Shown here: piece by piece, positions 51,501-60,300 of the stretch
Numbering within the stretch: the stretch's first letter is position 1
Layout of the letters: every line of letters starts with the position of its first letter
From: Kiritimatiellia bacterium
GTDB lineage: Bacteria > Verrucomicrobiota > Kiritimatiellia > RFP12 > UBA1067
Assembly: GCA_045599445.1 (NCBI GenBank)
Contig: JAZRWB010000011.1
Location: 3,090-67,089, forward strand
Length of the DNA stretch: 64,000 bases
Direction of reading: 5' to 3'
Position numbers and translations under genes: made by a program
The notes under the pieces: model-generated
The model's input: the letters and a program-made list of their open reading frames with translations, nothing else
What the model was told of the DNA's origin: nothing
The model's database searches: none

Positions 51501-53554
51501 GGACTTCAACGGAACTCGCGAACTTCAAGGTAATTGATGAGGATGTCGTCCTGCGCATTGGCGAAAACGGCGAGTTGCAAGTAGTTAGGCCGAGTGCGCT
51601 TAAGAAAGGCCCCTATATTCGCACGATCTCCTCTTCTACGGCGAATTGGGATAGTGCGGCTTGGGACGGCTTTACCGAGAAGTGGTCCGAGTCGGAGCTG
51701 GATATGACGGCTTCGGCTACGCTCACGATTGCGAATGATACTACGCTTACGATTGATACGGCGCTTGCGCTTAAGTCGCTTGCCTTTAAGGGAGTTGAGA
51801 TTGAGCGGAAGGTCGAGCTTGTAGGCGGAGGCGGAGAAGCCGAAATTGTGGATATTGATTTCCCCGCGCTTATAGGGGAAGTTGCAATCAGGAATTTGAC
51901 GATTGTCGGCAAGGTTCACACTCCGTCCAAGACGACGCTTGAATCGGTACGTGGCGCGACGATTGTAATGCATCCGGAAGACGAGCTTACGATTGAAGAC
52001 CCGCTTAACTGCTCGCTTGCGTTCGATTCGTCCTCGCAAGGCGTCGTTTATCTTCGCGACACGATGCTTAAGGCGAACAAGAACGAACTCTTCCACATGG
52101 ACGATGCGCCGATGAGCGGATTCGAGTTCTTTGCCGTTAACGAGCGGGGAGAGATTGATACTGCGGTGGAAATCTATTATGATGAAGAATTGAAGATGAT
52201 TTGCTCGCGTCCATTGGGCGGGCTTACGGCAAATGTCTCGAGTGGCACGGCGAATTTCTCCGCGCTCGATTGGCGCAATAGTGCGAACGAGTCGGTTACA
52301 GTCGCCGATTGGGGCGCGGTCGAGGAGGCGAATCTCACGGTTTCGGGCAATGCGACGATTAACCTTAATGCCGCGCCTGCAGTGAAGCTCAATGTGATCG
52401 GCTCGGGAACGATTACCTTTAAGGAGGTCGAAGGCGGAGGCGTGTTGCCGTCGACCTTGGTGGTGGAGGGAGCTTCGGTTGTAGTTTCGGGCGATATCTT
52501 GCCGCGTCTTGAGGCGGTTTCCGGTTCTGGCTCGCTTACGCTCGATACGAAAGCGCGGACGGACTATCCGATGCGTACGGCGGCGTGTCCTGCCTTGGAC
52601 TTTGCAAACGGCATTACGATTAACGAGGGCTCGGAATTGGCGCTCGTCTTTTCGGGCAATATGAATCTTTGGAATACATGGAATTGGGATCGCCTAAAGG
52701 GCTATGGGAAGCTGGTCTTCGCGTCCGACAATGGAACTAAATATCGCATCTACTCTCCGCAGAATGGGTGGTCGCAGACGCTTTCGTTTGCGCATTATAT
52801 CGATTTAATTTATCAACTTAATACGGTCGACGTAACCTATCGCTTCAAGAATCTCGAAGGCGAAGGCAAGATCGGTATTCAGCCGGGCGACACCAATAGC
52901 CGCGCCACGATGTATTACGAGATTACCCAAACGCGAGTGAGCGAATGGGCGGGAACGGGCGAGTATATTCGCTTCGCGGGCAACAACACCAATTCTGATC
53001 ATCAGTTTATCTTGAAGGGCTCCTCATCGGCTGACGCACGGCTTATCTATTCGGGACAGTGCGAGATGGGTCAGCCGTTCCTGGATAACAACGGCACTCG
53101 CTTCCCTCCTGGGGCGGCGACATGGGATCATACTTTCACAGTCGATACGAGCGGCGTGCTGGAGCTTAATGGTCGCTGGGTTGGTCCGCTCGTCAATAAC
53201 GGCTTGGTTATTCTCGGGGAGAATGCGGAACTTACGATGGCTAACGGCTCGGACTCGCTCTTGAGTGGTCGCGTTGCGGGAATCGTGGATTTGACGAAGA
53301 GTAAGGTCAAGTTCGGCTCCAACTGGAGATATGACGTGAGCCAGGCGGGCGAAATTCGCTTCTCAGTAGATAATCTTGATACGCAAACGCAAGTATGCCT
53401 AGTTACTGGCACATTGAAGCGGGGCGCGGTTAAGTTAGTCGCCGTTGATCTTAACGGCAACACGGCCGAGCGCGTGGTAATGGCTAAGGATATCGAGAAT
53501 GGCTATCTTAATTGGCGCGGTCCAGCCAACAAGACTAAAATATTGTTTAAGTAA
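48554..53554 (+). CDS. Giant secreted protein (1666 aa): N-terminal C25 (gingipain-like, clan CD) cysteine-peptidase domain plus a long beta-strand-repeat passenger
   Basis: Signal peptide, then KPIYLMVAPHELYDSLKWYV...KYVVLGGAWYD...SDMFYGCL. Putative dyad contexts VYSHGW (His) and AAIPCDTG (Cys). The domain ends FHGDPLVRI. These are C25-like landmarks as I recall them. Confidence 0.6.
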   Translation: MQKVLFSLGLVGGLIISALADEKPIYLMVAPHELYDSLKWYVGEREKTHPEVKFDIVDTKTIYDTIPYGQGGWGNPRNPAESIHKYLRQYYKSYPNLKYVVLGGAWYDATNFRGMNPVYFRNDDSEVTPDNAIPGIFCPFLSTFGGNYPSDMFYGCLNEKGAYPWDANGDGQYMDEEECREKQVDVIPSVAVARLSFIPRPEIKDANGRMLNQHEMLTNYLHKLNRAERADFAGRAKYGAEGSWVNGSQPNNSGDMDRQEFEFYDFAPNMGDPRSTKTHGDEEAMSRRDLKNIANKHPILQCKTLNDSTKTARGLSESNVSDDFFNSDMDYAWVYSHGWAMGGSYFSASAYTSHRGLHKFLNAAIPCDTGMIDYYEKANGKTYLHWCLGSSGLMSPDAGFLASVNNTRYGVEGESASNGLKKYLDIHFAHNHETAGEAWLNAILEQHRDHFAHASWMVQRNYAIAIFHGDPLVRIADDEDVTIAGETWDAVQSVKDATITSSTLSVPTSVAMMSAKLTADSDWTLTSEHEFRVMNTLSAPVGHALTINAPGGVGKGIEFSEANELNKVILNSPAYFYLGGLTNAKELALTGEGAVVEADNLKAVDALSFNGSKHSGAPNILRSRTKGALKNYPSLALKSTALELQTWEPFEGADEPLNLALDDADLIVGQNPYWGLTGYGETLSGAMALANGSKLKVKCTTEAVLDSLNLTSTGNGNALESVDGGIFGLKGTTTITLDPGTTFTMVAEFKDLGSGKIVFLSPNATADNPAKVDFTQAKLAGAVELGENVRLADPSIITWSEKEEGLIASELLPNTKIFFPNMSESPWVVDVVGAVKLGPSFFANNATQYIFIDYSFVEEEVSSITTDSLAIIGDTRFWLPLTLNKLVVTGEFGCTATLNCPDVVIESGGKFRLEGEPKANIVLRDGAILKATIDAWEELPTNLTWNVGTTIAWEGEVSIDVSEIREFLTEEPITLIAGEAHIWTSTELANFKVIDEDVVLRIGENGELQVVRPSALKKGPYIRTISSSTANWDSAAWDGFTEKWSESELDMTASATLTIANDTTLTIDTALALKSLAFKGVEIERKVELVGGGGEAEIVDIDFPALIGEVAIRNLTIVGKVHTPSKTTLESVRGATIVMHPEDELTIEDPLNCSLAFDSSSQGVVYLRDTMLKANKNELFHMDDAPMSGFEFFAVNERGEIDTAVEIYYDEELKMICSRPLGGLTANVSSGTANFSALDWRNSANESVTVADWGAVEEANLTVSGNATINLNAAPAVKLNVIGSGTITFKEVEGGGVLPSTLVVEGASVVVSGDILPRLEAVSGSGSLTLDTKARTDYPMRTAACPALDFANGITINEGSELALVFSGNMNLWNTWNWDRLKGYGKLVFASDNGTKYRIYSPQNGWSQTLSFAHYIDLIYQLNTVDVTYRFKNLEGEGKIGIQPGDTNSRATMYYEITQTRVSEWAGTGEYIRFAGNNTNSDHQFILKGSSSADARLIYSGQCEMGQPFLDNNGTRFPPGAATWDHTFTVDTSGVLELNGRWVGPLVNNGLVILGENAELTMANGSDSLLSGRVAGIVDLTKSKVKFGSNWRYDVSQAGEIRFSVDNLDTQTQVCLVTGTLKRGAVKLVAVDLNGNTAERVVMAKDIENGYLNWRGPANKTKILFK

Positions 53555-53557
53555 AGG

Positions 53558-55063
53558 ATGAAAAAGATGTTAATATTGAGTTTGATAATCGCTTTGTGCA
53601 TCGTGCCCTATATGGCGGATGCTTGCACGGGGATGTATGCCGGCAAAGGGGTGACTGCTGACGCTTCGGTCCTGATCGGGCGGACGGTCGACTTCCCGCC
53701 GTATAATGCCACGATGCGTCAACAGATCTGCGAACCCGGGACGCAGGTCTCGTTCGGCGACAAGGTTAATAAGTACCGCTACATCTGCGCCCCGAAGACG
53801 ACGAGTCTCAACTCGGGACGCTACGCCGGAAGTATGGCGAACGAGAAAGGCGTCATCCTCACCGGCACCATCACCGGCGCGACGCGGGCGGAGGCGCTTG
53901 AGAAGGATCCGTTCGATCCGGTCGTGTATAATGATGTTGGCGAGCCGAACCTTCCCGACTATATGATCGGCAACGCCGCGACCGCCCGCGAGGCGGTGAA
54001 TCTTCTCGCGGAGGCCATCGCGGAAAGGGGCCACGACGGATCGGAGATTTACATGGTCGCGGACAAGAACGAGGCGTGGTACATAGAGGTCTACACAGGC
54101 CACCACTGGGCGGCGGTGAAGATGCCGGAGGACAAGGTCGCCGTCTTCGGCAACCACTTCAACTTGCGTAGCGTCGATACGAACGACACCGAGAATGTGC
54201 TACTCTCTCCGGGGCTCGTCGAGTTCGCCGTAACAAACAATTTCGCCGTTTGGACGGACGAGGCGAAACTCGATCTCTACAAGACCTTCGCGGACCCGAG
54301 CTCGGTGGAGACGAACTACAACAACTTCCGCGCATGGTACGGGCATAAGCGCTTTGCAGACAAGAACCTGCCGGAATACAAGATGGACCTTCTGCCCGAA
54401 CTCTTCTTCGAGCCGGGCTACAAGATCGCGCCGACCAATATGTTCGAGCTCATGCGCGCAAGATACGAGGAGCTGTCGGACGAGGAGCTCCCGACGCCGC
54501 GCACTGAATTTCCGATTCGCGTAATCGGTACGGTCAAGCAAGGGAATTGCCATGTCCTCCAACTCGACTGCCGCGAGACGACACCGGAGGTCATGCGCGG
54601 GACGGTCTGGTCGTGCCTCGGGAATTGCGAGCACGGCGTTTTCCATCCGATCAATGCGTCGCAGAACTATCTCCCCGATGCCTACACCAACGATACGCAG
54701 CGAACCTTCGGCTACGACCCGAACCGCGCGGCGGACGCCTTTCGCCGGCTCTCGGCGCTCGCGCAGTCGAACCGCAAGTGGTACGGATCGGGCGTTCGCG
54801 CCTATTGGCGGGCGAACGAGATACGGCGAGCCGAGGAATGGCCGCAGAAGATAAACGAGACCATCGCATCGGGCGACACCGCAGCGCTTTCGGCCTACAC
54901 TTACGCCGAGGAGGAACAGACGTTCGCGGACGCGAAGCGGATCTACGACGAACTAATCTGGTACGCTGCGGCAAACAATCGCATTGTGGGCGACGGAAGT
55001 GGCGCGACCGACGAGCCCGAAGAACAGTTCATTCCCACGCCTTCCAGAAAGGAGGTGCGGTAA
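53558..55063 (+). CDS. Secreted C69-family (Ntn-hydrolase) dipeptidase
   Basis: 501 aa. The signal peptide ends ...PYMADA, directly followed by CTGMYAGKGVTADASVLIGRTVDF (N-terminal nucleophile Cys context of family C69). Confidence 0.75.
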   Translation: MKKMLILSLIIALCIVPYMADACTGMYAGKGVTADASVLIGRTVDFPPYNATMRQQICEPGTQVSFGDKVNKYRYICAPKTTSLNSGRYAGSMANEKGVILTGTITGATRAEALEKDPFDPVVYNDVGEPNLPDYMIGNAATAREAVNLLAEAIAERGHDGSEIYMVADKNEAWYIEVYTGHHWAAVKMPEDKVAVFGNHFNLRSVDTNDTENVLLSPGLVEFAVTNNFAVWTDEAKLDLYKTFADPSSVETNYNNFRAWYGHKRFADKNLPEYKMDLLPELFFEPGYKIAPTNMFELMRARYEELSDEELPTPRTEFPIRVIGTVKQGNCHVLQLDCRETTPEVMRGTVWSCLGNCEHGVFHPINASQNYLPDAYTNDTQRTFGYDPNRAADAFRRLSALAQSNRKWYGSGVRAYWRANEIRRAEEWPQKINETIASGDTAALSAYTYAEEEQTFADAKRIYDELIWYAAANNRIVGDGSGATDEPEEQFIPTPSRKEVR

Positions 55064-57282
55064 TGAAGCGTTTAGTTGTTAGTTGCTGGTTGTTAGTTAT
55101 TGGCGGCTGGGCGATTGAGACTTTTGCCTGCACGGGGTTTTACGTCGGGAAGGCGGTGTCGGCCGACGGGACGACGATGATCGGACGCACGGTTGACGCC
55201 GCGCCGTGGAACGGTCCGATGCGCGAGGCGCGGTTCGAGCGCGGGGAGTGGACGCATGCGGACGGAACTTTGAACAAATACGCCTTCATCTGTGCCTGCA
55301 TGTCGACGAGTCTGAACCGTGGCTTTCGAGGCGGTGGCACGATCAACGAGAAGGGAGTGATGCTGTCGGCAACCGTCACTGCGCGGACGAATGATGAGGC
55401 GACGAATGCGGATCCGTTCGTGTCCATCGAGGAGGGCGGCTACGGCGAAGAGAACCTGCCGGACCTTATGATCGGCAACGCCGCTACCGCCCGCGAGGCC
55501 GTGGAGATGCTGGGGGAGAAGATCAAGGCGAACGGACATTCCGGTCCCGAGATCTACATGGTCGCGGATACGAACGAGGCGTGGTACGTCGAGGTGTACA
55601 CGGGCCACGAGTGGGCGGCCGTGCGGATGCCGGAGGATCAGGTCGCCGTCTTCGGCAACCAGTTCAACATCTGCGAATTCGACACGAACGATACCGAAAA
55701 CGTGATGTACTCGCCAGGGCTCGTCTCTCTCGCCGTTGAAAACGGGTTCGACGTCTGGAAGGACAAGGGAAATGGCATCATCGATCTCTACGAGACCTAT
55801 TCGCCGTCCTTGTGGGACTACGCCAACTACCGCACTTTCTGGGGACACAACGCCTGGGCGCCGATGGCGTACCCGTCGAACTCCTATTTGACCGCGACCC
55901 ACTATGAGCTTTTCTTCACGCCGGAGAAGAAGATCGCGCTTACGGACGTTTTCGAGCTGATGCGGACGCGCTACGAGGGCGTGAACTGTCCCGAGGAGAA
56001 CGAGGACACCACGATTCGCGTAATCGGCACGACGAAGCAGATGAGCTGTCACGTGCTGCAGATGCGGCACGACCTGCCGGAGGTCTACCGTTGCACGCTT
56101 TGGGAATGCCTTGCGCAGGCGGAGCACTCGACGTTTCTTCCGGTCTGCATGGCGATGAAGGAGATTCCGGACGCCTACTCGCGCGACCAGGAACTGCCTC
56201 TCGAATACGACCCCAATCGCGCGGCGGATGCGTTCTTGCGGCTCGACACGCTCGCGGAGCTGAAGCGCTTCATCGTCGATACGTATGGCGTTCGCCGGGA
56301 TGTGCGCGCTTGCTACGGCGCGGGCGTTCGCGCCTTCTGGCACGAGCAGGAAGAGCGGCTCGTCGAGGAGTGGCCGAAAATGTTGGAGAAGTGGATGATC
56401 CGTGGGAAGTCTGGCTGCACCGAAGCGAACGCCTACGTTAACTTCAACCAGGTATGGACGCTTGCAGACGCGAAGCGGCTCCACGACGAGCTCGCCTGGT
56501 ACTGGGCAGAGTTCAACTGCGATCTGAGGGACGGCGGCGGGGCGACGGACGTACCGACCTACGACTTCGCCTCGTCGATGCCGACGAACGCCGAACTGGG
56601 CGCGTCGTGGACGCGGTGGCATCGGGCGGAGTTCGACTCATACATCGAGGAGCTGGCGGGTCCCGTGGCGAAGCGTTCGTCGAAAGTCTCAAAGCTCGTC
56701 GAGGACTCGAAGCAAGTTTTCGACGGCGTGAAGGACGCCGAAACGCTCGCGTCGGCGAAGACGGACATGGCGGAGATCGTCCGCGATATCGCCTTATATT
56801 GCCAAGGTCCACTGGGCAGCGAGAGCAATCCGTGGGAAAGCGGCGAGTCGGTCGTCGTGTGGACGAACGGCACGGGGGTGCTTGTTTTCGAGGGCGAAGG
56901 GCGGACGGACGATTATGCGGAGGCGACACCGTGGGCGGAGGTAATGTCCCAAGTTATGGCGGCTCGGGTCGCCGAAACGGTGACGCTGGGCGCGAACTCA
57001 CTCAAGGGAATTGTTACGACGTCTCCGGTCAACGGGATAGTATTAAACGATCTTTTCGCCGCAGTCGGCGGACAGGATCCGGCGGGCGCAATTTCACCTG
57101 CCGAATTCGAGCGCGTTAAGATCGAGGATGGCAAGGCGCTCCTCGACGTCAGCGTTTACACTGCGGACACTATCGAAAACCCGAACTGGTCGGTTGCGAC
57201 GAATGGCGTTATTACGGTGCCAGCCGAAGGCAAGCAGGGCTTTTTCTATCTTATGTCGAAGCCCGCGTCTTCAAACAAGTAA
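55063..57282 (+). CDS. Secreted C69-family dipeptidase with an extra C-terminal extension of about 240 aa
   Basis: True start MKRLVVSCWLLVIGGWAIETFA|CTGFYVGKAVSADGTTMIGRTVDA (TAATG overlap with the upstream stop). The ORF-track start at 54547 is an out-of-context extension. The C-terminus has a BspA/LRR-like segment and ends ...AEGKQGFFYLMSKPASSNK. Confidence 0.75.
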   Translation: MKRLVVSCWLLVIGGWAIETFACTGFYVGKAVSADGTTMIGRTVDAAPWNGPMREARFERGEWTHADGTLNKYAFICACMSTSLNRGFRGGGTINEKGVMLSATVTARTNDEATNADPFVSIEEGGYGEENLPDLMIGNAATAREAVEMLGEKIKANGHSGPEIYMVADTNEAWYVEVYTGHEWAAVRMPEDQVAVFGNQFNICEFDTNDTENVMYSPGLVSLAVENGFDVWKDKGNGIIDLYETYSPSLWDYANYRTFWGHNAWAPMAYPSNSYLTATHYELFFTPEKKIALTDVFELMRTRYEGVNCPEENEDTTIRVIGTTKQMSCHVLQMRHDLPEVYRCTLWECLAQAEHSTFLPVCMAMKEIPDAYSRDQELPLEYDPNRAADAFLRLDTLAELKRFIVDTYGVRRDVRACYGAGVRAFWHEQEERLVEEWPKMLEKWMIRGKSGCTEANAYVNFNQVWTLADAKRLHDELAWYWAEFNCDLRDGGGATDVPTYDFASSMPTNAELGASWTRWHRAEFDSYIEELAGPVAKRSSKVSKLVEDSKQVFDGVKDAETLASAKTDMAEIVRDIALYCQGPLGSESNPWESGESVVVWTNGTGVLVFEGEGRTDDYAEATPWAEVMSQVMAARVAETVTLGANSLKGIVTTSPVNGIVLNDLFAAVGGQDPAGAISPAEFERVKIEDGKALLDVSVYTADTIENPNWSVATNGVITVPAEGKQGFFYLMSKPASSNK

Positions 57283-57304
57283 AATAAACAAAAAAGGAGT
57301 AATT

Positions 57305-60300
57305 ATGAAAAAGATAATGGTGGCTATTTCGTTACTCGTACTTTCTTTCAGCGCATTCGCTGAAGAAAAGGTTGCGACATACACCTTGCCGGAGATTAAG
57401 GCATTGCTCGCGCCTTCGGCTACTTGGCCGGAGTGGAATTACATCGCCGTTGATGACGGAGAGTACGTTTTGCCTTACGAACCGGAAGGCGCGCCCCTGC
57501 TCCCTTATCGCGTGCTCAAATTTGCAGTGCCCGACGGATATCAAGTAGAAAGCGTCCAGAGCGAGGGCGCGGAATGGACGACGCTGTCGGAGCAAGCGCG
57601 CCTTATTCCCATCCAACCTCCAATCCCCACCTCCGCCACAACCGCTCCGGCATTCGTCGAACTCGATTCCAAGTTCGCCGTCGATGCGCCATATCCCGCT
57701 TCGCCGGTGGAAAAGCTTAAGGCCTATACGCAAGGCGGGATTAACCTACTATCCGTAAAGGTCCTGCCGTTTAGATACAATCCGGTTAGCGGGCTTTTGG
57801 AGCAAGCGAAGAACTTGAAGATCGTCGTTACCTTCTCGCCTCTATCTCAACCTCCCGCCTCGACATCCCCCTCATCTCCCATCTTGCGCGAATGGGCGCG
57901 CAAGGGCGTCGTCAATCCCGAGGATCTTCCGCCCGAGCCGATGAAGTCGATGGCGGTGGATGATACCAAGCCGATTTATCTTATTATCGCGCCACACGAT
58001 CTTTACAACGATTGGGTGTGGTACGCGGACGAACGCGCCAAGAACCATCCCGAGATTAATTTTGACGTTATTGACACGCAAACCATTTACAATGAGTATC
58101 CATATCGGAACGTGCGTCAGCCCACGACTGGTCCGATTACGGACTTGGCCGATACCGAGAGCCGCTATCCTTGCGAATCGATTTACAAGTGGCTCGTTAA
58201 TTATTATTCGTAGCATAAGAGTCTCCGTTATGTCGTTTTGGGCGGCTTGTGGCTCGATGTGACCGACCCAACCATTCGTTGGACGCAAGAAGGCAACGAG
58301 ATCAATATTAATAACGCGATTCCTTCGGTCAAGGGAAATCTTCGCTCGGATTATGTCAATCCGACCGATATGTATTACGCTTGCCTTGAACCGGAATCCG
58401 GCGACACTCCCCACCATTGGGACGAAAACAACAACGGCGTTTACCTTGAATATTCCGGCACGACGGAATGGGAACATTGCAGCGTGACGCCGGTAGTCGC
58501 CGTTTCGCGTATGTCGATGAAGCCGATAATGGTAGACGATCGTATTCTCAATCAGCATCAGTTGATTACGAACTTCCTCCACAAGGTAAACGTCGCCGAG
58601 GCGGATAACTTCCACGGTAATTTCAAAATCGGCCTTACTTCCTCATCGTTGGATTATAGGACGTACAGCCTGGATAACGGGCTCATGCAGCGCAACGAAC
58701 TTTATTACTTCGACCGTGCGCCGAATATGCCCGCGCCCGAACATCCGGATTCGTTTTGCGATGTGGGGCCGATGATTCGTCGCCACGCGAGCGAACTGAT
58801 TGCGACGCGCCGCCCGGTAATCGACGCGATGTCCTTCCACGAGCCGAATACGGTTTCCGAGAATGCGACGAAGAGCGCTTTCGGATCGTTCTTCGGGGCG
58901 CACGATCGCGAGCTCGGTGCGGTCGATGGCCATGGTTGGGCGGGAGGCACGGGGCAGTTCAACGCCAACTTGTTCTCGACCTGTTCGGGTCTTATCAAGA
59001 TTAACGTCGTAGGTATTTCTTGCGAAACGGGATACTTGGATATTTACGGCAATAGGGACGGCAAGAGCGTCGCCAATCTCTGCTTGGGCGAGGCGGGGTG
59101 CGCGAACCCGACGGCAACGGGCGGTGTCTTGGCGTCGCTCAACAATACGCGAGTTGGATGGAATGGCGGGCATACGGGATCGTATCGAGGCCCCGATGGA
59201 CTGTCGGCGAAACTCCATTATTATATGATCAATGGCCTGCTTAACGGCAAGACGGCGGGCGAGGCGTGGCTTAATATGGCGCTATCGTATCTCGGCGGAG
59301 CGGGGAATCACATGAAATCCACGGGCGGTCAGTGCTACACCGAGGAAATGCTTTTCGGCGATCCGCTTATCAAGCTTATGCCGATCGAGAATTATACTTG
59401 GAGCGGAGGGGATGGAGACTGGACGTATAATAACGCCAATGAAGTTACTTTCAATGCGGCTGCGACCGTCAATGTCGCGAAGAAGGACGAGGGAATCCCC
59501 TACGGCGCGATGTCGCTCGCGATTAACCAAAACGCGGGAGACACCTTCAAGCTTACGGGCGACGGCGGAATCAAGGTAATGCGGGGGATAACGGTATCGA
59601 ACGGTAATATTGAAGTCGGTATTTCCGGCGGTATTGGCGGCGTGGGCACTTATTATGAAAATAGCGAAAGCGAGACCGCGAAGCGCGAGAACTACCTTAA
59701 GTTCACCAATGCGGGCGCGGTCACTTTCAACAACACCAATCCCGACGCGTCTTTCTTCGTGAACGGAATCAAGAACGCCTCGGCGATTACTTTCGCGGGC
59801 GCGGGCGTGGTTTTGAATACCGATCAATTCGACAATACGCTGGGGACGAGCGCGCTTACTTTTCACGGGCCGGATAATTTCGATCCGCGCACCGCTCCCG
59901 CGAACGTGATTCGCGCCAATCTCTCCAAGACGAGAGGCGCGATGGCGAAGTTCATGCCGCTTACGCTTACCAATTCGGCGCTTACCTTGGAGACGTTCGA
60001 TACGTTTAACGGATACAACGGCGACACGTTTATGACGCTCAATAACTCGATCCTCACGTATCGGATCAGTCGTTGGCGGGGGCTTACCGATCAGGATTAT
60101 TTAGAAAAAGTGCACGGTACGCTTTATCTTAACAATTCCACCTTGGCTGCGGACTATCCGTGCAGCGTGTACTTAAACGCGCCCACGATTGAAGTTACGG
60201 GCAACTCCTCCATCGAAACGACGAACGGCGGCAAGTTCAAGTTAGAGGGCACTACCACGATCGACCTTAAAAATAGCGAGGCGACGATAACCATTAACGC

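Noticed and set aside
54547-55062. N-terminal 172-aa extension of the second C69 dipeptidase in the ORF track. Analogous extensions occur at 20833-20967, 15407-15520, 24239-24274, 23145-23189, 18613-18651, 30346-30381 and 7478-7540.
   Set aside because: The extensions overlap the preceding gene or a promoter and are Arg/Pro-rich nonsense. Downstream starts give canonical N-termini (signal peptide, or MKLKI for dnaN) with Shine-Dalgarno sequences or 4-nt coupling overlaps.
58211-58213. TAG decoded as pyrrolysine or by global stop-codon reassignment
   Set aside because: TAG is used as a genuine stop in the same operon (38038-40 ends the 2552-aa gene exactly where the next gene starts). No pyl genes are visible. 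A local nonsense change or read-through is more parsimonious.
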